Shown: piece after piece, positions 20,501-29,620 of the stretch
Position numbering within the stretch: position 1 is the stretch's first letter
Layout: each line of letters starts with the position of its first letter
Notes under the pieces: model-generated
Databases searched by the model: none
Seen by the model: only the letters and a program-made list of their open reading frames with translations
What the model was told of the DNA's origin: nothing
DNA from: Planctomycetota bacterium
GTDB taxonomy: Bacteria; Planctomycetota; UBA8108; SXIK01
DNA length: 64,000 bases
Direction of reading: 5' to 3'
NCBI GenBank assembly: GCA_965223265.1
Contig: OZ244999.1
Coordinates: forward strand, 7,264,001 to 7,328,000
Program-made: the position numbers and the translations under genes

Positions 20501-21548
20501 GCTCTTCCTCTTGATTCCGGACGGCACGGTCTTTCGCGCCCAAGACGAGAATGATCCGATCTTCGCGTTCGAACTTCCCGCGACGCCGGTGGCAGCCGGC
20601 TACTACGGGCTCGGATCCGTCGACGGCGAGTTCTTCTCGTTCGTCGGTCCGGGCGTTGACTGCTTCATCGGCTACAGACCCGATGATGCGTCCAGTCGCG
20701 ACATACCTCTGTCGACTGTGCTCGGCCTGATCGACGACGCGGGCGCGCCCCTGATCGCGCACGCGGCGGGGATCGATTCGTTCGACGAGCAGACGTTAGT
20801 CGTGGGCATCGGCCCTGAGGGCACCGACACGGTCTCCGTCGCCATGCGACTGACCGAGGAACTGACCGGCGCAAACTCCAACGTACAGGTCGACGCCCTG
20901 GGATCGACGTTCATCTCAGACCTGGCGTTCGCCCCTTCTCCATCCGTCGGACCGCCTCAGCTGCTCGTGATCGATCGCACCAATTCGCGTCTCTGCTTCC
21001 ACACGGCGAACTTCCCCGAATCGCCCGTCGTCAATGACATGTCACCGTCAAACGGACCCTGGGACGGGCCCTCACAAACCGTGACGCTGGCCGGCGAGAA
21101 CTTTGCTGGTGATACGTGGGTGAGCTTCGATGGCCTTTTCATCGAGGCTCAAATCACCAATGACTCCATCTCGTTCGAGGCGCCGCAGCTCAATGCCGAC
21201 CGCAGCGTGCCGATCGGAATCAACTCGTCGAGTGGACCTGCGATCGCCCCGCTCTACTACACCTACGGAATCCAACGGCCAGACAGCAACAACGATCGTT
21301 CGGTCGATATCTCCGATCCCATCTTCGTCTTAAGCTTTCTCTTTGAGGCGTTCGCCGAAGCGCCGCCGTGCGAGGACGCGGCCGATGCCAACGACGACGG
21401 CTCCGTCGACATCGCGGACCCTATCTTCGTCCTCAACTTTCTCTTCAACAACGGCGAGACACCGCCAGCACCCTACAGCGAAGATGGCTCGACCTTCGGT
21501 CTGGACTCCACTTTCGATGTGCTACCGCCGTGCCAGGCACAAGAATAA
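17556..21548 (+). CDS. Large secreted protein: TolB/PD40-like propeller repeats, further propeller-like region, IPT/TIG-like domain, C-terminal dockerin-like domain
   Basis: Signal peptide; repeated P.IS.DG..V.F.S.A.NLV.GDTN...DVF units; DSDGDGFLNGVE motif; VNDMSPSNGP..G...VTLAGENF; DSNNDRSVDISD...DANDDGSVDIAD. Confidence 0.8.
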   Translation: MRQRSLTISRHAWFVILLVLASTATSPTNGQEAVSLISRGDDAVFADGPSTNPRTNRDGTVVVFQSEAPDITVGDGDRLSDVFLRIVPVNRTILISQDATTEAKGDGNSVNPSIDGPGSNIVYASDANNLSGSDNNDFRDIYYWTSEVAPPFPTILISRAADSSIAADGVSDDPEISADGDWVAFKSTATNLVRDRDIVDPLSLIYVHPLTDPFGVGRAELVSPPVGDPANADCVDPDISGDGNFVVFSSKADNLVEGDTNGVSDVFLVDRRLGTIERISRGTRRSQANGPSSNPRISDDSRYVAFDSNATNLVGRDTNDATDVFRFDRLTAKIKRVTFTESGEQIPASPERGSVMTNDISEDGRFVAFDLGATITFAENNRLRDVHVRDCLLERTILASITRGGAAGNGDSRRGSLCADGSCVVFDTSASNLLIGSPIGIADTNEVDDVYLRTSLPLAGVPEAEMAHNAILFCAENSLVGAISLDGVVRDGGLLLEPPGRRFAVDERNILWILDIDGTIQRVEASTFGSLDPEQFPPIQIGADNYLDFVAGGGAAWVAGANGVFRVDSSGITAAHEIEIAADSVAMALDPSGRLWIASWSAERGLTTVVKARGDLTPPRRIRYANSEFKEIEQIAFDSRGQLYLRTPEFLCSLSPSGGVLWCRNVPGDGLAVSGNGEIYTASGDFILCFNPKGEVRLREPLRFIEPADIVLDGLGRPWIMMEGVSRLFRFDPETRRTDTFPIGTRLKDQLHSRWTPYAAMVASPDFDSDGDGFLNGVEARSGFNPFDATSPAAKVALLPVIDARATVVDQSSVRLQWTSPIVYERFYVFRDGQLIDGAPFPFSAGRDGVIDANVRGGGTRTYKIVGQGIGGAKLLGQGGGFPEPGVELPASPEVTVSVTLGEGELIGCVDFEQLEPTAVAYNRDTDEVTVAFAGGDLVTFPFQDPNDLDAQSLILRTLPAAFANPDSEIRGMTYDPADPSALFLLIPDGTVFRAQDENDPIFAFELPATPVAAGYYGLGSVDGEFFSFVGPGVDCFIGYRPDDASSRDIPLSTVLGLIDDAGAPLIAHAAGIDSFDEQTLVVGIGPEGTDTVSVAMRLTEELTGANSNVQVDALGSTFISDLAFAPSPSVGPPQLLVIDRTNSRLCFHTANFPESPVVNDMSPSNGPWDGPSQTVTLAGENFAGDTWVSFDGLFIEAQITNDSISFEAPQLNADRSVPIGINSSSGPAIAPLYYTYGIQRPDSNNDRSVDISDPIFVLSFLFEAFAEAPPCEDAADANDDGSVDIADPIFVLNFLFNNGETPPAPYSEDGSTFGLDSTFDVLPPCQAQE

Positions 21549-21558
21549 TCGAGCCACC

Positions 21559-22170
21559 CTACGACGAACGCCGGACGCGCTGAATCGTCTGTACGAGTTG
21601 AGCGCTCGACCTTTTGACCGTGCTGAGAGAGACACCAAGCTCGTCAGCGATCTCCTGATTCGTCAGCTCCTCGACGAACTTTAGAACGAAAAGCTGCTGA
21701 GTCGGCTCGTCGAGTTTGTCCAGAATGCGCGTCATGCTCCGGTACTCGTCCCCCGCCTCGATCTTGCGACTGAACGACGCCGTCGGACCAGCCAACTGCG
21801 CAAACGAAAACTTTCTGCTATCGTCGGCCGGCCCTTCCCGCACTTCCCGGTGGGCGTCTCGTTTACCGGTCTTGAAGTGGAACTCGTACAAGTCTTTGAT
21901 GCGATTCTCGATCATGCGGAACACTGTTCGGTGGACGCCACGGTCGTCGACCTTTTCGAGAAACGTACTGCTGCTCTCGACCAACGTGGCAAAGAAATCC
22001 TGCAGGACATCTTCGGGGTCAACCTTGCCCTCAAGCTTACGACCGAGCTTATAACGAATGAAGACGAGGAGGCGTGGTCCATAGTGACGCACGAACTCAT
22101 CCAGTCCCGCATTGGAATCAACGCGGATCCGTTCGATGATCGCCTGGGTGATGCGGCCTGTTGAGTCCAT
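21559..22170 (-). CDS. ECF-type sigma factor (kinase-associated type)
   Basis: KVDPEDVLQD, KRDAHRE insert, LTNQEIADELGVSLSTVKR; lies downstream of a Ser/Thr kinase gene. Confidence 0.85.
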   Translation of the reverse strand: MDSTGRITQAIIERIRVDSNAGLDEFVRHYGPRLLVFIRYKLGRKLEGKVDPEDVLQDFFATLVESSSTFLEKVDDRGVHRTVFRMIENRIKDLYEFHFKTGKRDAHREVREGPADDSRKFSFAQLAGPTASFSRKIEAGDEYRSMTRILDKLDEPTQQLFVLKFVEELTNQEIADELGVSLSTVKRSSAQLVQTIQRVRRSS

Positions 22171-22236
22171 GTAGCGGCAGGTTCCTCTGTTCGGCGATCT
22201 GGGACGGAGAACAGCCCGTTGAGCCGCGAATCGTGC

Positions 22237-24777
22237 TCAGGAAGAGCTGTTATCCACAGCATCCGCATCGGAATCCTCAAGCACGATCTTGAGCCGGAAT
22301 CCTTGGCGGTCCGAAACGTACCGGGTATGAGTGCTACGCCGCACCGAGAGTCGACAGGTGTCTGCGGTCAGCGCCCAGTTGCCACCGCGAGCAGCAATCA
22401 TATCCGGCCGGTCGTCGTCCTCGAAGTAGCACCAATCGCTGATATTTCCCACCATACCACGGACCCCGTAAGGAGAACAATCTTCAGGGAACGCGTCGAC
22501 ATCGACGACCCCAGAGGCCCCCTCGCGGGCATACAAATTGTTGGCGTACTCATTGTCAAAAACGTTGCCCCAACTGTAGTAGCGTGCGTCCACGCCCTTA
22601 GCCGCTTTCTCCCACTCCGATTCCGTCAGGAGGTCGTATCGATGGCCGTCGACTTGGGAGCGGTACTCGCAGTAGGCTTTCGCGTCAGCAAAAGAGACCC
22701 CGAAGACCGGAAGCCGCGGACTCCAAGCGTATCGATCGTCTGGGGGCGGGAGAACGTACTCATCGCCCTCGAGCTCCCAGAGATACCCCGCGCTCTCTGA
22801 GGCGCGCGGCGAGCGTTCCCGCGCCGCATCCGCGTCCGTCGAATGCAGGTGGTTGAGAAACTCGAGGTACTCGCCACAAGTCACCGGAAAGCGACCGACG
22901 CCGAACCCGGGCACGAACACGCGTGCCCGAGCCTTGAACGTCGACACGACCGTAGGGTCGCCGTACATCACAAATGAACCCGCCGGAACGTAGACGAATT
23001 CCTTGGGAATCGCACTCTCGGGGTAGAGCACGACGCGGTCGCGGACTTTCTGGTTGCGCCCCACCACGATTGGATAATTCGTCGGAGCGTACCCTTGCAT
23101 GGCGATCGTGACCAGGTAGCTGCCCATCGCGATGTCCGGAAGGTCCAGGTGTCCCTCCGCGCGCGCGACCTCCTCACGTGGCTTTCGGATGCCGTCTTCG
23201 TCATCGTAGCGATAAAGAGTAAATGACGCTCCTTCGGGCTCACTCCCCAGTGCGAGCGACCCATTTCCTTGAAGAATTCGATCGAAGCTGCCGTCGTTGA
23301 CCTGCTCGATCAAGCCCTGATAGAAAATCATGTCCGTCGTGCTCTGATCGCGTTCGGCACGTAGGAAGCGCTCCAGGTACAGCTCCCCCAAGGCGCGGCG
23401 AGCGCGAGCGTTGTCGGCGTCCGTCGCCAGGGCGGTTGAGAGAATCGCCTGCGCGCGCGTGAAGGTCTCCGCCATGCTGATCTCTGTCGATTCGATTTCG
23501 GTCCGCAGTGACAGCATGCGACGTTTCGTCTCCCGCGTCGGAAACTGACCGGCTTGTCGACTGGTGTCGTCAAGTTGCTGAGCCATCTGGTGGAGTCGCT
23601 GCTTTTCGCGCTCATGCTGACCGAGAATTTTCTGCGCTTGCGCCGTGAGCTTTTCGGATTCCTGGCGTCGCCGCTGCGCTTCGAGCGTTCCGTCAAGGTA
23701 GACCTGGATCTCCTCTGCCAACTCAAGCGCGGTCTGCTGCCGGTCGTCAGGGTGGTATTCGAGTGCCTTCAAGCAGATGTCCTCGAGCTCCTGCGGAATC
23801 CCTAGCTTTGGCGCGCGAACGGTCGGCGGGATGCAGAGGCCGAGTCGCGACTCCTCCAAGAGCTCCGACAACGTCGTTCCCGTTTTCGGTGGCAACAACG
23901 TGAGCATTTCGTAAAGCGTCGCGCCGAGCGCATACACATCGCTACGACGATCGATGAGATCGCTGCGCCCTTGCGCCTGCTCGGGGGACATGTAGAGCAG
24001 CGTGCCGCGCACTTGTCCTTGCTGAGTCATGAGCTCCTGGTCCGTGCGCACCGTCTCCACTTGCTCCTCCATGGACTCGAAACGATCAGGTAGGCCCATC
24101 ACCTTCGCGACACCCCAGTCCATCAACTGCACCTCGCCATAGTCGCCGATCATGATGTTGGCGGGTTTGATATCGCGGTGGAGCACGCCCTTTTCATGCG
24201 CGAAGTGAACCGCGTTCGCGACGCTAACGAAATTCTGCAGCAGGCGAGTCCGCGAGAAGCGTTGGCGAACATCGCGCTGCCCGATGTGGAGGTCACGAAG
24301 AATCTCTTTCAACGTCCGGCCGCGGAGAAGCTTGAGCGTGAAGAACACTTCGTTGCCCTGATTCACCGCCAGTTCGTGCACCGGCGGAATGCCAGGGTGC
24401 TCCAGCTGCCCCGTGATCTGCGCTTCCTCGATGAATCTCGCCAGATGCTCGCCGTCACGCCCAAGCTCCGCCCGGATAACCTTGATGGCGACCTGACGCC
24501 GAAGGTCACGATCGAACGCCAGGAAAACGCGGCCCATTCCGCCTTCTCCGATGACGCGCTGAATGACGTACTTTCCCTTCGTCTCCCCTTCATCCATCGA
24601 GACTGTTGCCTCGGTGGTTAGATCCCGCAGCTGAATCGACGGATCGTATCCCAGAAGCTCTTCAAGTCGCTCGGCGATCGTCACGTTGCGGAGATCTGCA
24701 GGTTCGCTCGCGCCGGGTCCGCGGGTTGATCTGGTTCCGAAACTGTCATCGCCCAAGCGCCGCTCTTCTTTCGCCAT
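22237..24777 (-). CDS. Ser/Thr protein kinase fused to a PEGA-like and an FGE-sulfatase (SUMF1-like) domain
   Basis: GEGGMGRVF, HRDIKPAN, MDWGVAK, GTLLYMSPEQ; C-terminal PVTCGEYLEF, LLTESEWEKAAKG, SPYGVRGMVGN, RGGNW, GFRL. Confidence 0.9.
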   Translation of the reverse strand: MAKEERRLGDDSFGTRSTRGPGASEPADLRNVTIAERLEELLGYDPSIQLRDLTTEATVSMDEGETKGKYVIQRVIGEGGMGRVFLAFDRDLRRQVAIKVIRAELGRDGEHLARFIEEAQITGQLEHPGIPPVHELAVNQGNEVFFTLKLLRGRTLKEILRDLHIGQRDVRQRFSRTRLLQNFVSVANAVHFAHEKGVLHRDIKPANIMIGDYGEVQLMDWGVAKVMGLPDRFESMEEQVETVRTDQELMTQQGQVRGTLLYMSPEQAQGRSDLIDRRSDVYALGATLYEMLTLLPPKTGTTLSELLEESRLGLCIPPTVRAPKLGIPQELEDICLKALEYHPDDRQQTALELAEEIQVYLDGTLEAQRRRQESEKLTAQAQKILGQHEREKQRLHQMAQQLDDTSRQAGQFPTRETKRRMLSLRTEIESTEISMAETFTRAQAILSTALATDADNARARRALGELYLERFLRAERDQSTTDMIFYQGLIEQVNDGSFDRILQGNGSLALGSEPEGASFTLYRYDDEDGIRKPREEVARAEGHLDLPDIAMGSYLVTIAMQGYAPTNYPIVVGRNQKVRDRVVLYPESAIPKEFVYVPAGSFVMYGDPTVVSTFKARARVFVPGFGVGRFPVTCGEYLEFLNHLHSTDADAARERSPRASESAGYLWELEGDEYVLPPPDDRYAWSPRLPVFGVSFADAKAYCEYRSQVDGHRYDLLTESEWEKAAKGVDARYYSWGNVFDNEYANNLYAREGASGVVDVDAFPEDCSPYGVRGMVGNISDWCYFEDDDRPDMIAARGGNWALTADTCRLSVRRSTHTRYVSDRQGFRLKIVLEDSDADAVDNSSS

Positions 24778-24978
24778 GGTCGTTCGAGTTTGAGTCACCC
24801 CCCCCGACCATGGCAAGAAAAAACAGAACCCTCACGAACCGCGTCCAATCAGCACGGTAAAGCGTCACTCACCGAGTTGCAGCGGCATGGTCCACGCCCC
24901 CGGGAGGAAGGAGCGTGACCATGTCGCACGCGTGAAATCGTAACGGGGGTTGCCCGTCTGCGATTGAAGCTGGACCGG

Positions 24979-26211
24979 TTAGGGCGCGGGCCCTCGGTTT
25001 GGAAACGGTTGCGGGATGGCGGGTCCACCGACAAACAAGTAGTCGAGCAAGTAGATCGGATCGGCGATATCGTTGTCGCCGTCGGCGTTGACGTCAGCGG
25101 CCTGTACGGATGAGACGTCTGCTGACGAAAGAAAGAGCCAGCGGAGAAGAAAAATCGCGTCACTGATGTCGACAATGCCGTCTCGGTTCACCTCGCCGCG
25201 AAGAAAGAAAAACTCCGCTTCGACGCTGGTAACAATCGAAGTCGTCGCGAAGTCAGAGGCAGCAACGATCAATCGACCGCCGTCTGCCCCACTACCGACG
25301 GCGAACGCCTCCGAGCCTGGTTGAAAGGCCAGGTAGGTCGCCGAAAGGACGCCGCTCTCAAATGGAAACGACACGAACTCCTCGGCGAGTGGAGCGTCGC
25401 TCGAGAGATCGACCGAGACCACGCGCCCGACGGGCGGCACGACCGAAAAGCCGACGTCAGTGAAAAAGAGGACGTCGCGCACGATGATCATGTTGTTGAT
25501 GTTCGGAATCTCGCGAACAACTTCGACTCCATCGTCGAAAGCGATCGTTTCGCCGCTCAGAGCTGTCGCCACCTGGGAGGCACTGAAGCGAACAATGGAC
25601 TCCGAGCCAAGAAGCCCCGCGGTTCCACAGTAGAGGTTGCCGTCCTGGTCGAACGCCAAGGGACCCGAGAAGCCAGGGATCCCTTCGACGATGACCGGGT
25701 TTGCCTCATCGGGGTCGTGATCGAGAAGATAGACTTGATTCGTGATGAACTCTGGATCCGGTGCTGAAACAAATGCGTTCCCGGCTGCGTCGTGAGCGAC
25801 TGCGTAATTGAAGCGAAGTCGATCGACAACCTGCCGCGCGCCGCCACCGAGAGGAACGGTGTAGATGAAGTGATCCGGGTCCGAGCTCTCACCGATGATC
25901 AGGTGGGTACGATCGGGCGACAGAGCCATGAAAGAACCGAAGACCGGGGGGTCGAAAGAGGTCAGTACGTCGTCGCCGTCGCTGCCGTGAACCGTGACGC
26001 TAGCACCGTCGAAGACCACAGGGTCTCCCTCTGGGGTGAAGGCGAGTCCACCGACGAAACGCGTCGGATCAAAGCTAAAATCGTCTCGAGCGATGAACCC
26101 TTCGCTAACCAGCGCGATGCTCTCCGCAGCGATGCGAGCAGTCGCGAGAGAGAAAAAAAGCAACACCCAAGGACGAAAGCGGCGCACAAAAACGAAAGTG
26201 CGAGAAACCAT
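24979..26211 (-). CDS. Secreted beta-propeller-like protein with C-terminal dockerin-like domain, cobalamin-riboswitch controlled
   Basis: Signal peptide; GGLAFTPEG, MALSPD and GPLAFDQDGNLY blade-like repeats; FLRGEVNRDGIVDISD...DVNADGDNDIAD; GAAGGAGG RBS. Confidence 0.78.
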   Translation of the reverse strand: MVSRTFVFVRRFRPWVLLFFSLATARIAAESIALVSEGFIARDDFSFDPTRFVGGLAFTPEGDPVVFDGASVTVHGSDGDDVLTSFDPPVFGSFMALSPDRTHLIIGESSDPDHFIYTVPLGGGARQVVDRLRFNYAVAHDAAGNAFVSAPDPEFITNQVYLLDHDPDEANPVIVEGIPGFSGPLAFDQDGNLYCGTAGLLGSESIVRFSASQVATALSGETIAFDDGVEVVREIPNINNMIIVRDVLFFTDVGFSVVPPVGRVVSVDLSSDAPLAEEFVSFPFESGVLSATYLAFQPGSEAFAVGSGADGGRLIVAASDFATTSIVTSVEAEFFFLRGEVNRDGIVDISDAIFLLRWLFLSSADVSSVQAADVNADGDNDIADPIYLLDYLFVGGPAIPQPFPNRGPAP

Positions 26212-26342
26212 GATCCCTCCTTCACCGAAAAGGGAATCCCTTGGGGGTCGAAGGATCTTGGGCACGACCGCTTGCCAAGCACACGCCGTGGACGCGGTCT
26301 TACCCTCGAGCCTTCCACCCCCGAAGGCAGTCGGGGCTTCAC

Positions 26343-26669
26343 TCAGGCAGGTCTCCTGGCTTCCGGATCGTCCCTACTCCTTCAGCCTTCCCGCGACACC
26401 AACCTTTTTTCGCCGTTCACACCGAGTGAGCGGGTGAAGAGATCCGGAGTCGCAGTGGCCTGGTCCGCTCCTTGAGCATCGACCAGTCAGCTCGCCCCAA
26501 TTTGCGACGTAGATCACCGCAAACTGAGGATTGATCGCCGAGAAGAAGAGGTCCCCGGTCACAGTGGCGGGGCCCGCGCCGGTTTTTCACCGGCTTCCCT
26601 CTTCGTGAGTCGAACGTCGACCCACTTCGGACCGCTACGGCCGCAAACGCGGTTGCAGCGATCGCCTGA
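26343..26669 (-). promoter_or_regulatory. Cobalamin (AdoCbl-type) riboswitch
   Basis: Minus strand has AAGAGGGAAGCCGGTGAAAAACCGGCGCGGGCCCCGCCACTGTGACCGGGGA, a second GCCACTG, GGGAAGG and the B12 box AAGCCAGGAGACCTGCC. Flanking TCAGGC/GCCTGA can close P1. Confidence 0.92.
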
Positions 26670-26679
26670 ATCGAGCAGG

Positions 26680-26708
26680 ACCGTACTCCCTCGGCGGCAA
26701 AAAATCAA
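26680..26708 (-). promoter_or_regulatory. Candidate sigma-70 promoter of the riboswitch leader
   Basis: Minus strand TTGATT-N17-TACGGT ends about 10 nt before the riboswitch P1 strand. Confidence 0.5.
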
Positions 26709-26827
26709 GCGTGTCACTTTGATCTCGAGTTGAGCGATTCGCGACGACGCTCGAAGCGCCGGAGCGTCGAGTCAAAGACGCGACCCAGGCGGGATGCGGC
26801 GCTCGCATCACGGCAGAGGACGACCGC

Positions 26828-29620
26828 TCACCCTTCGGAGCTCCGGCGCACCTCGAGATCGAAAACGCTCTCCTCAAGCTCGAGCTCGACGCGAAGGAAG
26901 CCCTCGACGTCGACGCTGTCAGGCGACGTGTTAACCTCGACGCTGCTGGGTCGCGGAGGCACGTACAGTTCATAGCGGCCGGGCTGAAGACCGACGAAGC
27001 GAAACTCTCCGCGCTCGTTGGTGACAGCTGATCGTCGCAGCTCACGCCCCTTCGCGACGACGAACAGCAGGCGATGCTCCGCCTCCCTCTCGCCCTCGAG
27101 CACCAACTTCCCGGCAAGTGACAGTCCGTCATCGAGGGCCACTTCCCGCCGGACGACCTCGTCCCCCGGAGGAAGTATCTCATCGTACGGTCGGTAACGC
27201 TTGTGCCGGACCCGCAGAGCCAGCTGCGCTGCTGCGGGCACGTCGAGTTCAAACGCGCCACGCGAGTCCGTCGTCACCGCACCAACAATGTCATCAGCAC
27301 TGTCCACCTGAGTGGTGAACACGGTAACCTGAGCGGCGCGTACAGGTGACCCGTCACTGGCGCTCTTGACAACACCCAAAATCTGGCGCGCTGCCCGCAG
27401 CACCAGGCGCTGTTCGAGGCGCTCGCCGAATGCAAGATCGACGCGTGACGTCGCCGACAAGTAGCCAGGCGCCTCGATCGAAAGTGCGTACCCACCGGCG
27501 CGTAGCGCTCCGATCTCGAAACGCCCGTCAGGCGACAACACCGTGCGCTCGAAAACGGCGCCCGGCTCATGTCCGTCACGAGGAGCGTCGTGTCGGAGTG
27601 TCACCGTAAACTCTGCCATCGGGCGACCGCTCTCCGACGCGACGACAACCAGTGACAGCCGCGCCTCCTCATCAAGCCGAACGACGGTTTCACCGTCGAT
27701 CACCGCAACCGCTGCGGAGACCACCATCTCCGCCGCGCTCGCCTGCACGAAGTAGTCTCCGGGCGGCAACCCGGCGAAGCGAAAGTTGCCGTCGAGATCG
27801 GAGACTGTGGTCGCGACCGTTAGGCGCGGCCGCGCGTGCCACAGTGCAGCAGCAGAATTCGCCGCATCGTCGAGTGACAAATACGAAAAGAGTTTGACGC
27901 GAGCCGCCGCGACTGGTTGGAAGTGGCGATCAACAACTCGTCCGTAGACGGATCGATCGACGGGGTAGAGTTGCAAGTGAACCCTGGGCGCACTCCCGCG
28001 CGCACTCCCGGGCCCACCGTCGCCACGAACCGACAGCTCCTCCCACGCTTCCTCCTCACCGTCCGTCGCGACGACGAGATAGCGCCCCGGTTTGACGCCG
28101 TCGAAGCGAAAGTCCCCGCCGGCGTCAGTGCGGCTCCTTCGCGTGGCTGGGTGCCACTGCACGTCGCGCCCGCGAACGTGGCGCACGCTTTCCGCTGTCT
28201 CGTGTCGTGAAGCGGCGATGAGTTTGACTCGGGCGGCGGCGGCCGGTCCGTCGCCCTTCATCACGCGACCGCTGATCGCTCCACGCGCGAGGTCGGGGCG
28301 GAGCTCCGACTCGGGTTCTGCGAAGCTACTCAGCACGATGGCTTGCACATCCGCACCACCGACCGGATCGTCCGCTGCTTCTGCGACGACGCGTTCGGCA
28401 AGGAGCGCCGGAACGATCTCCTGGTCCCCGGCGTCGCTCTCCTCACCTGGCTCGGTCTCGAACCAGAATCTGGCCGGACGGTAGCCAGCGCGCGTCACCA
28501 CCACGCGTGCGGCCCCGGCGCGGAGTCCTTCAAGCCGCCAGTAACCTTCTCCATCCGTGATCGTCACGGCAGCGCCCCGAGACCACGCGGCGTCGGTTAC
28601 TTCCGACGTCTCGAACATCGCCTCGAACCCGAGGTCGGTCACCTCGACGCGAGCACCCTCGACACCAGCGCCGCCAGCATCGCGAGCAACGACGCGACCG
28701 AAGAGCGTTCCTTGCGGCGGCACCGCCATGGTTACGTCGACGGCTGGCGCAACAACGATCGTCGTCGATAGCACGTGCCTGGGGCCACCTCGAAACTGGC
28801 GCGAGGAGCCAACCTCCAGGAGATGTTCGCCCTCGGGAACAGCAAGCGAAAAGCTGCCGCTCTCGGTAGCCGCCGCCTCCGCAGCTGGAACCAGGAAGGC
28901 GCCGCTCCAAATCGACCGGGCGGCAGCTTCGTCGACGGAGAGGACTCCGCCCACACCGCCAAGCCGTGATGCTCGCACCATGAAACCTGTTAACGGCACA
29001 CCATCGGTGCGAACGACGGCGCCTTCGATAGTCAGAGCCGGCTCGAGGTTGACAGTCACTGGCGACGGCAGTTTCCCGAGGCGGACGGACGCGATCACAC
29101 GCTCGTACTGCCACCAGCCGGGCGCCACGACCGCGACGAGATAACTCTCCGGCGGAAGGTTCGCAAACGAGAAACTGCCGTCGGAGGCAGTGATCACTGT
29201 CGGCGTGCTGCCTCGCAGTTCCTCGCCGAGTCGGTCGAGACTGAGTTCAAGTTCACTGAGCGGCCTGGTCCCATCTTCGGACTCAACCTCAAAGAACTCG
29301 CTGCGGAGCTCCGTCCAGACTTCGTGGAGACGGGACAAGGCGAGCAAGTGCACCATCGCTCCCGGGAACGGCCGCGCATCAGCCATGACGCGGCCCTTCA
29401 GCACCGCCCGCGCCCGACGGGACGGACGCGCGCTCTCCGGCCGATCGCTCTGCGGCAACGCGCTCTCTCGCTGAGGTTGCTGCGATGGCCCGGACCGTGG
29501 GGCGTCCACGGCATTGGCGAAAAAAACGATTAGCCCAGCAGCGACAAGTAGCACAGAAGCAGCGGACAACAGCGCTGCGGCGCGCGTTAGATTTCGAGAC
29601 CGGTCTCGCGACAAGCTCAT
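26828..29620 (-). CDS. Membrane-anchored protein with multiple carboxypeptidase-regulatory-like beta-sandwich repeats
   Basis: N-terminal TM; many repeats of G.V......V.GA.V ... T...G.F.F.GL.PG.Y.V. Confidence 0.8.
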   Translation of the reverse strand: MSLSRDRSRNLTRAAALLSAASVLLVAAGLIVFFANAVDAPRSGPSQQPQRESALPQSDRPESARPSRRARAVLKGRVMADARPFPGAMVHLLALSRLHEVWTELRSEFFEVESEDGTRPLSELELSLDRLGEELRGSTPTVITASDGSFSFANLPPESYLVAVVAPGWWQYERVIASVRLGKLPSPVTVNLEPALTIEGAVVRTDGVPLTGFMVRASRLGGVGGVLSVDEAAARSIWSGAFLVPAAEAAATESGSFSLAVPEGEHLLEVGSSRQFRGGPRHVLSTTIVVAPAVDVTMAVPPQGTLFGRVVARDAGGAGVEGARVEVTDLGFEAMFETSEVTDAAWSRGAAVTITDGEGYWRLEGLRAGAARVVVTRAGYRPARFWFETEPGEESDAGDQEIVPALLAERVVAEAADDPVGGADVQAIVLSSFAEPESELRPDLARGAISGRVMKGDGPAAAARVKLIAASRHETAESVRHVRGRDVQWHPATRRSRTDAGGDFRFDGVKPGRYLVVATDGEEEAWEELSVRGDGGPGSARGSAPRVHLQLYPVDRSVYGRVVDRHFQPVAAARVKLFSYLSLDDAANSAAALWHARPRLTVATTVSDLDGNFRFAGLPPGDYFVQASAAEMVVSAAVAVIDGETVVRLDEEARLSLVVVASESGRPMAEFTVTLRHDAPRDGHEPGAVFERTVLSPDGRFEIGALRAGGYALSIEAPGYLSATSRVDLAFGERLEQRLVLRAARQILGVVKSASDGSPVRAAQVTVFTTQVDSADDIVGAVTTDSRGAFELDVPAAAQLALRVRHKRYRPYDEILPPGDEVVRREVALDDGLSLAGKLVLEGEREAEHRLLFVVAKGRELRRSAVTNERGEFRFVGLQPGRYELYVPPRPSSVEVNTSPDSVDVEGFLRVELELEESVFDLEVRRSSEG

